DNA from: Octopus bimaculoides
Taxonomy: Eukaryota
Length of the DNA: 58,044 bases
Direction of reading: 5' to 3'
Assembly (NCBI RefSeq): GCF_001194135.2
Contig: NC_068982.1
Span: 102,017,289 to 102,075,332 of the forward strand
In this document: piece by piece, positions 13,870 through 26,435 of the stretch
Layout: the number at the start of each line of letters is the position of its first letter
How positions within the stretch are numbered: position 1 is the first letter of the stretch
The notes under the pieces: generated by a model
What the model saw: only the letters and a program-made list of their open reading frames with translations
Told to the model about the DNA's origin: nothing
The model's database searches: none
Translations under genes and position numbers: made by a program

Positions 13870-14250
13870 TTAGTAAGATGATAGAATCAAGAGTCTGTTA
13901 CTCTCTAAATAAGATCGGGAAAATGCTCTTAACTTTTGCAGGAGCTCTGAAACTTGTAAGACTAGTAGCGATTATTTTCTGCTTACATTAATGTAAGTTG
14001 ACACATGCAAGAAAGACATGGACGGTGAAGGTATTGCAGAGTACCAACATCCTGGAAACAAAGGAAAGATCTATGTGTAATAGCTTGTAAGAAACCTGAC
14101 TACAGGCACACAACATGGGTGAAGAGACAGAATATTTAGTCTGGACATGCAGAAGCCCTTAGTAGCGGTAGAAAACGCAAGAAGCTAGAGTTTGTATGTG
14201 AAACATTTTATGCCTAGCAAATGGGTTGTTTTTCTCTAGATGTAGCCCAA
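13870..14250 (+). mobile_element. RTE-clade LINE relic (post-RT region)
   Basis: Degraded ESVT..IR.G, atgctcttaac, a catgcaagaaagacatggacggtga (HGSETW.V-like) segment and atgtgtaat (MCN), in the order expected for RTE ORF2. Confidence 0.45.
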
Positions 14251-14869
14251 AATATCTCCGTGAGCATTAGCAACACCTTTCTCGGATATTGAAGCCAAAC
14301 CTCATTGCACTACTTAGCTTTGTAGAGTGTAAATAACTGTTGGGTTAAAATAATATTAGACGATGGCCAGTTTTGACATCCTGGTTATGTTAAGGATGTG
14401 CTTCACCCTGAGAAATACTCAGTAATCCTTAGACCTGACATTTACATTGCTTGTGTGAACTCTAATTGTGTGTTGTTACCATGGTGAAGTGAGGTAAGAT
14501 TTCTTGATGTGTATAGTTATTTATTTTTTATTGCCGAGAGAAGCACTACACTCATATCCCCATCGGGTGATGCTTTCAAGGTCTATGTTCATAAATTAAT
14601 GCAGATTTGACTCTGGATGATGCATGGTTGGGGAAATTCAGAGAGGACTGAGGGGTATGTTTGCGTTAAAGTGGACGCTGTTAGATGTGGCAGATAGTAG
14701 GTTATTTACATACATATTATTGGAAGAGAGGGACAAAGACACCCTGTTGCGCTCAAAACAAGAATTATAGAGTGAAGATAAGTCTAGATTTTCAAGTGAG
14801 ATGTATCACATGACATACGACACGTGAACACAGTAACAAGCATGAGTTTATTGTGATGGTTGTTATAAA

Positions 14870-15060
14870 TATATGTGTATGTGTATATATATATATATAT
14901 ATATATCCATATATATATGAATGTATGTGTGTGTGTATGAATAGATATATACACACATATACACATACACATACATATGTATGTGTATGTGTGTGTGTGT
15001 GTATGTGTGTGTGTGTGTGTTTGTGTGTGTATGTGTGTGTGTGTGTGTGTGCGCGCGCGT
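14870..15060. repeat. Compound (TA)/(CA)/(TG) microsatellite
   Basis: Visible. Confidence 0.95.
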
Positions 15061-16040
15061 CTCTATCTGTGCAACACATATATAGGCACCATCTTCTTCA
15101 AATATATAATACTCAACATATTTGTCAAAAAAAAAGCAAACAGTTGCATTTGACCTGAATTGTTTATACTTTTTCTGTCTCATTGTGTTAGGAGTGAACT
15201 AGTGCAATATTTTCTTGTGTTTGCCGTTAGTTGATGAATTACTGCGGGTCTCCATATAATTTGTTGGCAGCTGACACGTCTTAGAGTTAGGGGAAAGCAA
15301 ATGAAATTACGACGAATAGTACAACTACGCCCTTTATAGCAAAAGAAATTGTCGTTTACCGTTATAAGAAAAACCGGCCTACTTGTGACTATACATTAAA
15401 TTAGAAGTCATGCATAGCAATAAAGAAACACACACATGTTGGCCATCGTTTACAATTTGTTTTTCTTCATCGCTTGATGTATCGAGGTCTAAAAATGCTA
15501 AACGTGTCCAAGTATAACAACTGATATTCAAAAGAAAACACTAAAATAATTAACATTAAAAATAAATAAACAGTTTTGAGATAGCTTAAATGCATTTTCT
15601 TTAATGTGTTCTTACTTAAAAATAACTTTATATCATACGGAGAAAGGTGTGGTGGGAACCAGGAAGATATTTATTTATCCAGTTGCTTCTCATTCTTCAA
15701 ATATAAATTCACCAAACCATTAGGTTCTTATTCAGAAGAGCAAAAAAATATTTAACGGAGGGAAGAAAAAGGAACATTAACCACATTTCGTTAAGCATGA
15801 CAAGAACATAGCTATTTGAGGCTACCAAGAGTAACATAGGAAGAAATAACTATAATCTATGTTATCAAGATAGTAGCCAGCTTAAGTTTTGCGCTACGAC
15901 GTATTTTCATATGAAACGCCTCATCAATATCTCCTTCCTTGCCCTGTATTTTGTTCCTTTACATCAAGATTGAGTTTTGAACTCAGAATATAAATAATTT
16001 TGAAACTTTCATTTACCCCGGCGAGAAAAAGCAATATTAC

Positions 16041-16041
16041 T

Positions 16042-16115
<74 letters not shown>

Positions 16116-16126
16116 TGTTGTTGTTA

Positions 16127-16160
<34 letters not shown>

Positions 16161-16235
16161 GTTGTTATTATTATTTTTCTGTTTGACATTTGCTTTGCAT
16201 TTGCACAAGTTGGCTCCAAGTCTCACCCAGAGACC

Positions 16236-16290
<55 letters not shown>

Positions 16291-16295
16291 TACTA
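16041..16295. repeat. (GTA)n-(GTT)n-(ATT)n and a second (TTA)n array
   Basis: Visible; explains the poly-V/L/Y/T/N ORFs. Confidence 0.95.
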
Positions 16296-16423
16296 ATATT
16301 CCGCCGAGGTAGATTCGCGTTTTCGGGGTCGATGAATTAAGTACCAGTAAAACATTGGGATCGATGTAATCGAATAGTCCCTCCCCTCAAATGTCAGGCT
16401 TTGTGTCTTTAATAGATAGGATT
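16296..16423 (+). mobile_element. SINE family B, 5'-truncated
   Basis: ttccgccgagg...ttttcggggtcgatgaattaagtaccag... matches 25174-25397 and 53604-54240. The central domain resembles the Meta-type SINE domain (from memory). Confidence 0.75.
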
Positions 16424-16449
16424 ACTGTTTTTATTATTATTATTATCAT

Positions 16450-16491
<42 letters not shown>

Positions 16492-16844
16492 CAGCAGCAG
16501 CAGCAGCAGCAACAGTAGTAGTAGCAGAAATTCAGCACGATAGGAATTACAGATAGTAGTGGTGCGATGGGATACAATTTGGTTTCAAGACAATTACTAT
16601 GTCATTTTGCTTCCCAACATAGGGATCTTTACAAAATACGCAAATGCCCGACCTAATCAGTTATACGAGTTCAGAATTATGATGTTCTTGAGTGTCATCA
16701 AAACAAAAACGATTAAATCAATTCAAAATGTATTTCCTAATCATTCCCAAGCCAAAGCAATGGCGGAAACACAAACAGAATCACACACGCACAATCGCCC
16801 ACTCACTAAATTACACACACACGCGCGCACACACACAGCGAGTT

Positions 16845-16924
16845 TTATTCACTTGCTGCGCAGGTGGGATTGAACCCGTAGTGGAACCGAACCCGGAACC
16901 ATATGATTGGGAAGCAAGCTTCTT
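16845..16924 (-). mobile_element. SINE family A, downstream half (split by insertion)
   Basis: gaacccggaaccatatgattgggaagcaagcttctt continues perfectly into 18418-18460 once the insert is removed; compare the intact copy at 29746-29908. Confidence 0.85.
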
Positions 16925-18417
16925 TATCTCTTTTAAATTGCCATAAAGGCATTACATAGAAGGAGACACTACAACACATAAGGGGACATATAACAATTAA
17001 AATAAAAACATGATGCTATGAATGACACATGAAAATGAACATGAAAAACATTAAAATCAAAATATTAAATAATGATACATGAATGATAAATGAGAAAAGA
17101 GAATATGAAAAGTGTGTTACTCACCCCACACTGAGTAACATCACTCGCCACCTTTGAGTCCTGAGTCCTCTTTAGTCTTTAATCTAGTCTTTCGTTTGCT
17201 GTTTTCCCCATCACTGAGTGACAACACTCTCTCTCCTCTATGTACACGTAAACTTTTCACCGGGGAAGGTATCTTGTAAATTTGGTGACGTCTGTTCTTT
17301 CTTCTTTTTTCCTGTGGGGAGAGGGGGGGGGTTGGTACCTGTATGTAGAAGGTGGGTCTGAGTGGTCTTGGGTGGGACGGAGTTAGTCTGGGGTCTCACA
17401 TCACACTGACTGTTCTTCCTCTTCTTTCTCTTTTTCCTTTTATTCTCTGTCATGTCCATTCATCCTCCTTGTTCCTTCCATCTTTCTGTACTTTATCTTT
17501 TTTCTCCTCCGTCTCCAGCACCGCCTCTTCTGTCGTTTTCCTCTGAAGAGGGCAGTGAGCTCTAATGTGGCCTTTTTGGCCACATTTAAAGCATCGCGGA
17601 ACTCTGCCCTCTACTCATACTCTCAATACTATTTCTCCCAACGTCACCGTCTCCGCCAAATTTTCCAGCTGCTTCGCGTTTGCTTGTATGATTTCCCATG
17701 TTTTTCCTCTATATCTTCCTTCCTCTGTCTCTGTGGCTTGGAGGACAGCCACCTCCTCCTCACTTCCTGCGAGGACGGCTGCCGCAACCCAAGCCACTTC
17801 TATATCGGATGGAATTCCTTCTACCCTCACCTTAGAAATCTTTCTTCCAAGGTACGTGGGTAGAAGTACTACTACCTCCGTTTTTACAGTTGCACTCGCC
17901 AGCCTCTTTGCCTCCTCCGCTGTCCTAAACAGGACAACTACCGTCCCATATCCATTTTCTTTCGCTATGTATGTCACTTTCTTCGAAAACACCTTCATTG
18001 CTTTCTCTACTTTTTCCATCTCCATCCGCTCCACCTTCCTACTCTCCACTGAGTACACCTTGTAGGTAGTGGTCTTCTTTTCCATATTTTCCATTACTCT
18101 TTTCGGGGGTAATAACTTTACGTCACCGCCAACCTTCTGTGTCATCTTACACAGCTCTTTCAGTCTGGCTAGGTCCGCCTCCCTTTTCTTCACCTCTGCA
18201 GCCTCAGCAAAACTCTTTACTCTTTCCAAATGCTCGTCCATTCTATTTACCGCCTCAACGAGCTCCTCCTTCGCTGAGGACAGTTCATACTCGCTAAGGT
18301 CTGAATTTTATTCCTCTCCACCAGTACAACACTCACCGACAAACCGCTGCTAAGCAGGTAAAGAAATTCCGTCCGTCTCGTCAAAAATCAACACAGCGAA
18401 TAGAGCGACGAATGCGC
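16925..18417 (-). mobile_element. ORF1-only non-LTR retroelement (HAL1-like, L1/Tx1 type), 1493 bp
   Basis: Perfect 16-bp TSD gggaagcaagcttctt (16909-16924 and 18418-18433). Contains a 5' UTR, an ORF1 with CCHC knuckle and a ~310-bp 3' UTR ending aaaagagata. No RT or endonuclease sequence. Confidence 0.85.
17238..18300 (-). pseudogene. LINE ORF1 (gag-like RNA-binding protein, CX2CX4HX4C knuckle), one nonsense plus one frameshift
   Basis: The 208-aa ORF 18241-17615 ends at TGA 17617-17615, but the frame continues VEGRVPR-CFKCGQKGHIRAHC (17593-17552). A frameshift near 17450 leads into the basic KRKKRKKRK tail (ORF 17459-17238). Confidence 0.85.
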
Positions 18418-18454
18418 GGGAAGCAAGCTTCTTACCACACAACCACACTTGTGC

Positions 18455-18460
<6 letters not shown>
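18418..18460 (-). mobile_element. SINE family A, 5' head (split by insertion)
   Basis: Reverse complement ggcacaagtgtggttgtgtggtaagaagcttgcttccc; A-box region. Confidence 0.85.

Positions 18461-18535
<75 letters not shown>
18458..18535. repeat. (TG)n microsatellite
   Basis: Visible. Confidence 0.95.
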
Positions 18536-18537
<2 letters not shown>

Positions 18538-18551
18538 TATGTAAGTATATA

Positions 18552-18830
18552 TCGGTTATTACAACGCGTGTTCCAGTTGGTTGAATCAACGGAATGGTCT
18601 GCTCGTGAAATTAACGTTCAAGTGGCTGAGTATTCCACAGAAAAACATACCCTAAATGTAGGTATCAGGAAGATTCAGTATGATACAGAGTGTGACAAGT
18701 TGGCCCTTTGAATTGCAGATAGAACTCATTTTTTACCAGCTGCCTGGTCTAGAGCGGCGTGAGATAAAGTTTCTTGCTCAAGGACACAACTTGCCGCCGA
18801 AAACCAAACTCACAATCTTACAGCCTGCCA
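18552..18830 (-). mobile_element. SINE family C
   Basis: Reverse complement contains cagccacttgaacgttaatttcacgagcag...ccgttgat, matching 54600-54690. Confidence 0.75.
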
Positions 18831-21269
18831 CGATTATACAAACAACAAAATAACAGTGAGAAACAAGCGCACACACACCACGCACATACACATAGAAATG
18901 CATACGTACACATATACATCCCTACGTGTGTTTGTATGTATGTGTCAGTGTGTGTTTATGAATTTGTGTGTTGTGTGTGGAAAGCGTTATTGAAACAGCT
19001 AAATGAGATATGAATATTTGAAATATCACTAACATTGTTTTCTGTTATACACTTGATTGTTTCACTTTGTTTTTCTATTTTATATATGCGCGCGGCGTGC
19101 GTACACGCACACACATACACACATATAGTTCTTGAGTAGTCTTCAATCTTTCACAGATAATTATGAACTAGTTATATAATGTAGTGCTTTAATCAAGCGA
19201 CTGCTCACCTTCATTTACATAACTGTTCGTCATGCTTCCTAAATCTTCGATAAAATGTCCGATTTTCTATTTTTGACAATTCTGATGGCATTTCCATCAA
19301 TACTTTACCAATATGACCGCACTTGTTGCCACTCAAGCCTCAGTATAGCCGTAAATTATAAAGTCAAGGCTGTTTCCTTTCAGGGAAGAAACTAGTTGCA
19401 TGCATCAATGAGTCATTCATGCATGAATGTTCATGCACGTAAATTCCATCAGTTATTATCTTCTTGTAGTACAGCTATTCCTTAGTTTGCACGGCATTCG
19501 AGCCATCCTACAAGATTTTAAGATATCGGCTTCATGTCAGTAAAACTCAGCGAAAGTAATCCGTAAGGAATTATGGGAAATGAAGATCAGGTTAGTTAGT
19601 TCACAGAGAAATCTGTTCAAAATGGATTGTGTAAAACTAGCAGATGTACCGATGCTTTCGCTGCAATGCTAGTTTGCTAATCCTTACATGATATCTTTCA
19701 ACGCAGTTCCGAATAATGATCACGGTTGCTCGCATGTCAGCAAAATCAGAGAAAATTGAATCAACAACGAAAGGCAGACGATAATGGCTCATGGGCTGAT
19801 GGGAAATCATTCATTGTTAAATAATTCGATTTCATTACTTTTCTTATTCTTTGGCTTCATATCGGTGAACAACAACAAAAAGAAGTCTAGGTAAAATAAA
19901 TACCAAATTGCGATGAGTATGATGGAGACTTGATTACTCTTGCACACAATTCTCCTCGGCATCTATTTTCATATATACAGACACACATACACACATGCAC
20001 ACACGTGAGTGCATGCACATATGCACACACGTTAGCGCATACACACACGCACACACGCGAGCACATACACCCACATATTTTCTCCTTTCTATCAAGCACA
20101 CATACTCTCTCTAGTAACATACTCTTTCTCATTCACGTATGTACTACATCAAACTCACTTTCTCTTATATGTTTATACACTTTCTATAATCTCACTAAGC
20201 TTTTCTATCTTTTTACATTCATTTAGCTTCTTTCTATATTTCTTTTATTTTTCTCTATAATGCTACATTATCTCACCACATCGATCTCACTGCCTTGTTT
20301 GTTTGTTTTTTCTTTTGCTACTCACACATACAATGAAATGTAGTTCGTCTACATATGTCTCTCTCTTATATACCGCCACTGTCTCCTTCTCAAACGTTCT
20401 CTTTCTAGCCTTTATCTTACATTTTTTGTCCTTCGTACTTTTACCTTTTTTTGTATTAGTTTTTTTTTTCCTTCAAACAACGACTATTCATCATAAACAT
20501 TCTCGTTCTCTTTGCAACCAGATTTTTTCTCCCTTCTGCGTTGTATATTTTTCCTCTGTATTCTTCCCTTTTTTTTTACTACTAGTGCTACTAATACTAT
20601 TACTACTACTATTATTCTTACTACTGATGATGATGATGACAATGATGATTGTGATGGTGATGGTGATTGTGGTGTTGGCGGTGGTTACTACGTTAATGAT
20701 GAAGGCGACGATATTGTTGATGTTGGTGCCGCTGTTATTTATGATAAAGATAACGTTGATAACACTATGTTTACACAACCTGACTGTGGACAGTAAAAGA
20801 GGGATCAATATTATACTATCTAATGAATCTATTAAATCTAATTATCCTATAAATGCTGCAGTACCTCTAATAAAAACTATGTATTAAAGTTTAGTATGAA
20901 AAATAAACACTATTGACGCATCAGTAATTTGCTTAAGAAAAGCAACCGCGTGTTATATATTCAAATGAGTTCATTTAATTATAAACTTAATAACAGCGGC
21001 TTTAAACACAATTTCACAGTCGTAGGTTAAGTTAAAGAGAAAAATAAGAGATTGCTAACGAAAATTAAAGGCGTATCTAGTGGATTATTGTTTTACCCTC
21101 TGAAGTGAGGTTGTATAAAGATGACACACGTAATGTATAGAAAATATTTAATTAATTTATTGAGGAAATGTTTTTTTTCATAAATGCAGTAACGGCTAAA
21201 ATCTATAGATTTACCCATAGTAAATTTATGAATGAAAAGAAGCACTTCTGATATATTAAGAGCTTATAA

Positions 21270-21430
21270 CGTGTGTGTATGTATGTATGTATGCATGTAT
21301 GTATGTATGTATGCATGTATGTATGCATGTATGTATGTATGTATACATACATGTATGCATGTATGTATGTATGTATGTACGTACGTACGTACGGACGGAC
21401 GGACGGACAGACGGATGGATGGATGGATGG
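21270..21430. repeat. Compound tetranucleotide array (TATG)-(TACG)-(GACG)-(GATG)
   Basis: Visible. Confidence 0.95.
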
Positions 21431-22429
21431 AAGTTTTGCTTCTAAAGCAAGTGAGGCCACTATTTATCTAAAGAACTCAGAACATTTTCTACTCAGAAAA
21501 GATATTTTAAAAAAATATTTTGTGACATTCTGCAATATTCTTTCTAGTTAAATTAACTAAATAAGAATTTAACAGGGAAAATGTATCAGATGATGAAACT
21601 AAGCGGTAAATATGGAAGGCACAAAATTTCAAATTATGAAATATAATTAAAATTTGAAATAAAATCGCTTAGAGAATCAACTAAACGAGAAAAATGATGA
21701 TTAAATGAAAGGAGTATAAAGAGAGTGAGTGGTAGTGAGAAAGAAACAAACAATATAAGCAAGATAGACAGTGAGAAAGGATGAGCATAAGGGCGTACTA
21801 GAGTTGAAACCGGTTTAAGTTAAAATATGATCTGATTAAAATTATTTATGATATTCGACGAGAACAGATAGAAAGAATTACGCGTGAGCAAACAGAAGGA
21901 AATGAATATGATTAAAAGACAAAAAAGTAAACACTGTGAGACGTTATTGGCAAATAAATAAGTAGCTGATATTTTTTTATCCTACTGCAAGGAATAGTTC
22001 TGCTTACATCTTCCTCACTAACGGCCCTTAGAGCTTACATCCTAGACGCTTTATTATACAAAGTTGTTTGCACCTTGTCTCATTAGCCTTCTTATCTACC
22101 CCTCTCCAAACATGCATATAATCTCAACTATAAGCAATTTATCTAAAGAAAACTTTTACTCTCACTCTTACTTATTTTCTAACTTTCATAAATTGCTTAT
22201 GATCTTGATTGTCACGATTAGCGTTTACGTACTTCCCTCTTTCTACCTTTCTACGTATACCCATATATCTCTCTGTCTCATACAAACGCTATGATTCAAT
22301 CTACCTCATATTTTGGTATATTGCCTATACCCATTCGTTCGTTTTTAGACAGTAAACTAACTTACCGTTAAATTTCCATTCTTCTTGTTAGTCAATTTCA
22401 CTGCCATCTATTTCACTCTGACACTTGAT

Positions 22430-22700
22430 CTTTGGTGTGTTTGAACAGCCAATCCCAATCATTTGCGAGTCACTATATGGAATGTACTATTCATCTTTTC
22501 GATCGCTCAATACAAAACGTGGCTCGTGAGATCTCCGTTCGGGTGATTTTCCTGAGTTACCATCTCACTATTGTACGCTAATCCAACGCAAGGTTACCCA
22601 TTTGCAGGCCTGTTGCCTTGAGTAACGTGAAATGAAGTGTTTTGCTCAAGAACAAAACGCGCAGCATGTTAAAGAAATTTACTTCGTAATCTCGAGATTC
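22430..22700 (-). mobile_element. SINE family D, degraded
   Basis: tgtactattcatc..ttcgatcgct.aatacaaaac and gggtgattttcctgagt...atctcact are shared with 27012-27281. Confidence 0.65.
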
Positions 22701-22999
22701 GTTCCTACAGCGTGACATGGTAGGCATGTCACTTATGTCTTCGCCTCACGTCGACACGACCCGAGTGAGTAGGACGGGATAGATGGAAACTGTTTGAAAC
22801 TCGTCAAATATACTGTACCAGTAGTTCAAAATACAAGTCGTATGATACAATGTGTCAATGTGAACATTCCTGAGAGCTATATTAAGATTACACATGTCTC
22901 TGAAATACTCAGTCACTCATTTATTTAAAGAGCAGGTCATCCCGTTGACTGAACAACTGATCACACTTTGTCGAAATCAACGAATGAGCCATATGTGTT

Positions 23000-23048
<49 letters not shown>

Positions 23049-23914
23049 TGTGTGTGTGTTTTCGTGTGCGGGTTTGTGTTTGTATGTGTCCTTATTTTAT
23101 TTGTGTTTGCTTACGTATCCGTGTGTACCTGTGCAGCATGTATAAATTTACATACATGATGTTCTTCTAGTGTTAGTTCGTTCTTATACACTTCATGTAT
23201 TAAGAAATTATATCCTCTTTAGTCTAAGAAATAAGATATATTTTGGAGCAGTTCTTTAGCAAATAATGGACCATATTTGTTGGAGGTTTTGTTATTTTTA
23301 AGAATATTTGCTATATTTTTTACATGACTAATAATGTCATATATTTAACTGGAGGCGCCTTGCAGATTTAGGAGACTAAAGAACTGCTCAAGATTATAAA
23401 CTTCAATGTCTAAAAAAAAATGCAGCTTAAAGTAAACTGAGTGAAAGATAAAACGTGTTATAAATGTTTAAACGGTTTTATTTAAACCGGATTACTGTCG
23501 TCTGAATTTTAACAAATTTTAGTCATTAAACTATAAAACGATTTTTATCTTCTTGCAATCATGGAAACCAATCATAATGGTTATATTCATAAATTTCATA
23601 CACACATATATCATGTGAACGTCTGTAGATAGAATGTAGCTTTCACAAGGACATATGAAAATGTACACTTATAATGCGTAAACATGAATTATTTACGTAT
23701 GTACATACATACATGCCTAAAGATAATACAAGTGAACACAGCAATAGGAGACTTATAGGAAAAGTAATCTCACATATAGATGTGGGCATGTTATTCTTTA
23801 TCAATATATAATACATATCATAAGTACACAGCGATATAATGAGAGAAAGACATGTAAACATACATTTAATTGATTCTAAATTAGATACACGGTCTGAAAA
23901 TTTGGGAATTTGAT

Positions 23915-24665
23915 TTCTTGGTATCATCGGTTCAACCACTTAAGGAATAAAAGATAAAGTTGACTTAAGCAGCCGAAAGAAATAGGGTGAAGCATTTTGC
24001 CAGATGCTCAAACGATTCCGTCAATATATGCTTTTGTTTCAAATTTTGCCTCAAGGCCAGGAAATTATGTTATCAACTCTGAATGTATAATGAAGGTAAA
24101 GTTAACCGCAATGATATTTGAACTCACGAAGTGAAGAACCGGAAAAAATGACGTTAAATACTTTGTGCGGCTCTGTAACGATTTTGCCAGCTCATCACCG
24201 TGCACTTGTACTTGTTGATAATGGTTTCAAACTTTGACACAAGGCCAGAAACGTCGGGGGAGGAGCAAGTCGATTATATCTACCCCGTTGCTCAACTTGG
24301 TGGAATTTGCACTCAGAGCATAAGAGAGATGATATGCCGCTAAGTATTTTGCCTGGCGTGCTAACGATTCGGCCAGCTCGACGCTTTTTTCTGCTCGTTA
24401 ATGATGAGAGATTTCAAACTGCAGCACAACAACGTACCTGTGGACAGTGTTTACTTTACTTACCCCAGTCTGTAAAATTTTTAACCAGTCAGCGCGAGGG
24501 AATAGTGGATTACAACGACCTCAGTATTTCACTGGTAATTGATTTATCGACACCGAAAGGAGGAAAGGTAAAGTGGATCTCGGCGGAATTTGAACTCAGA
24601 ACACGAAGACAGACGAAACGCTGCTAAGCATTTTGCTCGGCGTGCTAACGATTCTGCCCGATCGA
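23915..24665 (-). mobile_element. Cluster of about four degraded SINE-B copies
   Basis: Repeated aaaggtaaagt..ctcggcggaatttgaactc...ctaagcattttg...cgtgctaacgatt motifs, the reverse complement of the family B head and body. Confidence 0.7.
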
Positions 24666-25173
24666 CAATGATGATGATGATGATGATGATGACGTGGTTG
24701 ATTTTGACGATGATGATCATCATCATGATGTTGATTGAAGCACTGAGGTTGCAAAAGTATGTTGTGCAATTTGAAGAAAGATTACTATCGGTATCTAGAT
24801 AATTGAAGAACAGAAGGAAAATCAAGAGAGCAAGTAAATGAAAAGAAATGGATTTACATGACCAATTCATGTGACAAAACGAGTATGTTGAAATAACGCT
24901 GGCTATAGCAGACGGACAAAAACCTTAAACGAGAGATCGAAGTGCTGATTATAACGGTTCAGGAACAAGTAAGTATGACGAATCTGATAAAGGCAAAGAT
25001 GAACAAAACTGAGTTAGACAGCAGATTTAGATTAATCGCTAGTAGGAACACCGTATTTCGTTTATCAACCATAATATACTAACGAATATATGACAAGTTT
25101 ATAGTTGATAATGTATCCACCCTTTTTCTTTTAGCGAAATGATTTAATCAATATCTATTCAATATTGTTACAG

Positions 25174-25397
25174 TGCAAGGCGTCGAACTGACAAAGACGT
25201 TAGTACGCCTGGTGAAATGCTTAACGGTATTTCGTCTGTCTTTACGTTCTGATTTCAAATTCTGCCGAGGTCGACTTTGCCTTTCATCCTTCCCGGGTCG
25301 ATAAAGTAAGTACCAGTTGCGTACTGGGTCGATATAATGGACAGGTCCCCTCCCAAAAAACAAAAAAATTTCGGGCCTTGTACCTAGAGTAGAAAAG
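25174..25397 (+). mobile_element. SINE family B, full length, with 13-bp TSD
   Basis: TSD aatattgttacag at 25161-25173 and 25398-25410. Confidence 0.9.
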
Positions 25398-25578
25398 AAT
25401 ATTGTTACAGCGCTAAACTTTTATAAGTTTAATACTTGGTAGTATATTATGGTTGCTACACGAAATACGGTGTCCCTACAAGCAATTAATATATATGGAC
25501 CAGTTGTCCGGAATGTATTTGATATGTAAATTGGTCTATTCAGTAGTGTTACACCGCTAAATTAAATGACTATCAAAC

Positions 25579-25630
25579 AATGGTACTGATGAAAGAGCAA
25601 TAACTTCTGAAATATGCATATACACTCATT
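25579..25630 (+). ncRNA. Type I hammerhead ribozyme motif (Penelope-like repeat)
   Basis: aatg-gta | CTGATGA | a aga..tct | GAAA | tatgca | TA | tac-act-catt. Core intact; stem I pairs with a 3-nt bulge; stem III short. Confidence 0.55.
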
Positions 25631-26435
25631 ACTTAATCTTCTATTTTCGATCATATTATTTACATAGACGTATTCGTACTCGGAACGCGGTAACTTTCAG
25701 TGTTGGCTGTAAATTGTAAAGAATATCTGTTGAGATAACTCTAAAGTGTGTAAATATAGAAGGAGACGAAAATATCAATCAGCATTCGAATGAGTGGAGC
25801 AAACAGCTATTTAAACAAGCTACTATTTAGGCAGGCAACAATGTGTGCGTAAAACAGTGCACGAGGATGTTGTCAGAGTGTGTACCTTCCAAAAAACAAA
25901 ACAGGAAAAATGTACGAATACGAACCAGAGTCTGTGACAAGGGTAATAATTAGAAGATCTTATGGAACTTTCCCATAAGGACTGATTTTATTATTAAAAG
26001 AAGAAAACCAGATATGATTATAGAGAGCAATGTAAACAAACAGTATTAGATCCCATATTTTGCATTTCTCTAAGATAACAGAGTGGATACCAAAACAAAT
26101 TTAAATTAAGAATTATCAGGACCTAGCGAGAGAGCTGAAGAGACTGTGGGAGACTAAGACAACAATTATTCCTGTCATAATTGGTGCATTTGGCACAACA
26201 TCCAAACTGCTACTGAAAAGACTGAAAGAGATTAGAATTGAAACTTTTATTGTCCACTTGAAGAAAATACCATCCGGTATTCTTTAAGAATCCTAAAAAA
26301 GATTATTGAGATTTGAGGAGACTTGTCCCTGATAATTAAATTAGAATGCAATAGCTTAATAATGATGATGATGATGATGATGACGACGACGACGACGACA
26401 ACGATGATGATGATGATGATGATGATGATAAGGAT

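Larger units (their letters stand above)
24735..26350 (+). mobile_element. R4/Dong-type (restriction-like endonuclease) LINE 3' part, interrupted by nested inserts
   Basis: L.KYV...EERLL, (W)KEMDLH.QF and LKRE.EVLII..QEQ...TNLIKAK.NKTELDSR (24750-25040). Then YEYEPE, KILWNFPIRTD..I..RKPD and KNYQDLARELKRLW.TKTTIIPVIIGAFG (25915-26200), i.e. the PD..D..K RLE domain. Ends in TAA/TGA repeats. Confidence 0.85.

Noticed and set aside
15924-16296. Poly-V/L/Y/T/N ORFs, and the many HTHT/CVCV/YIYI ORFs across the window
   Set aside because: Translations of simple repeats.
17565-18353. Plus-strand ORFs of 166, 102 and 94 aa
   Set aside because: Antisense shadows of the LINE ORF1.
20303-20887. 194-aa hydrophobic ORF and the acidic DDDDNDDCDGDG ORF
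   Set aside because: Decayed (TAC)/(GAT)/(GGT) repeats; no family signal.
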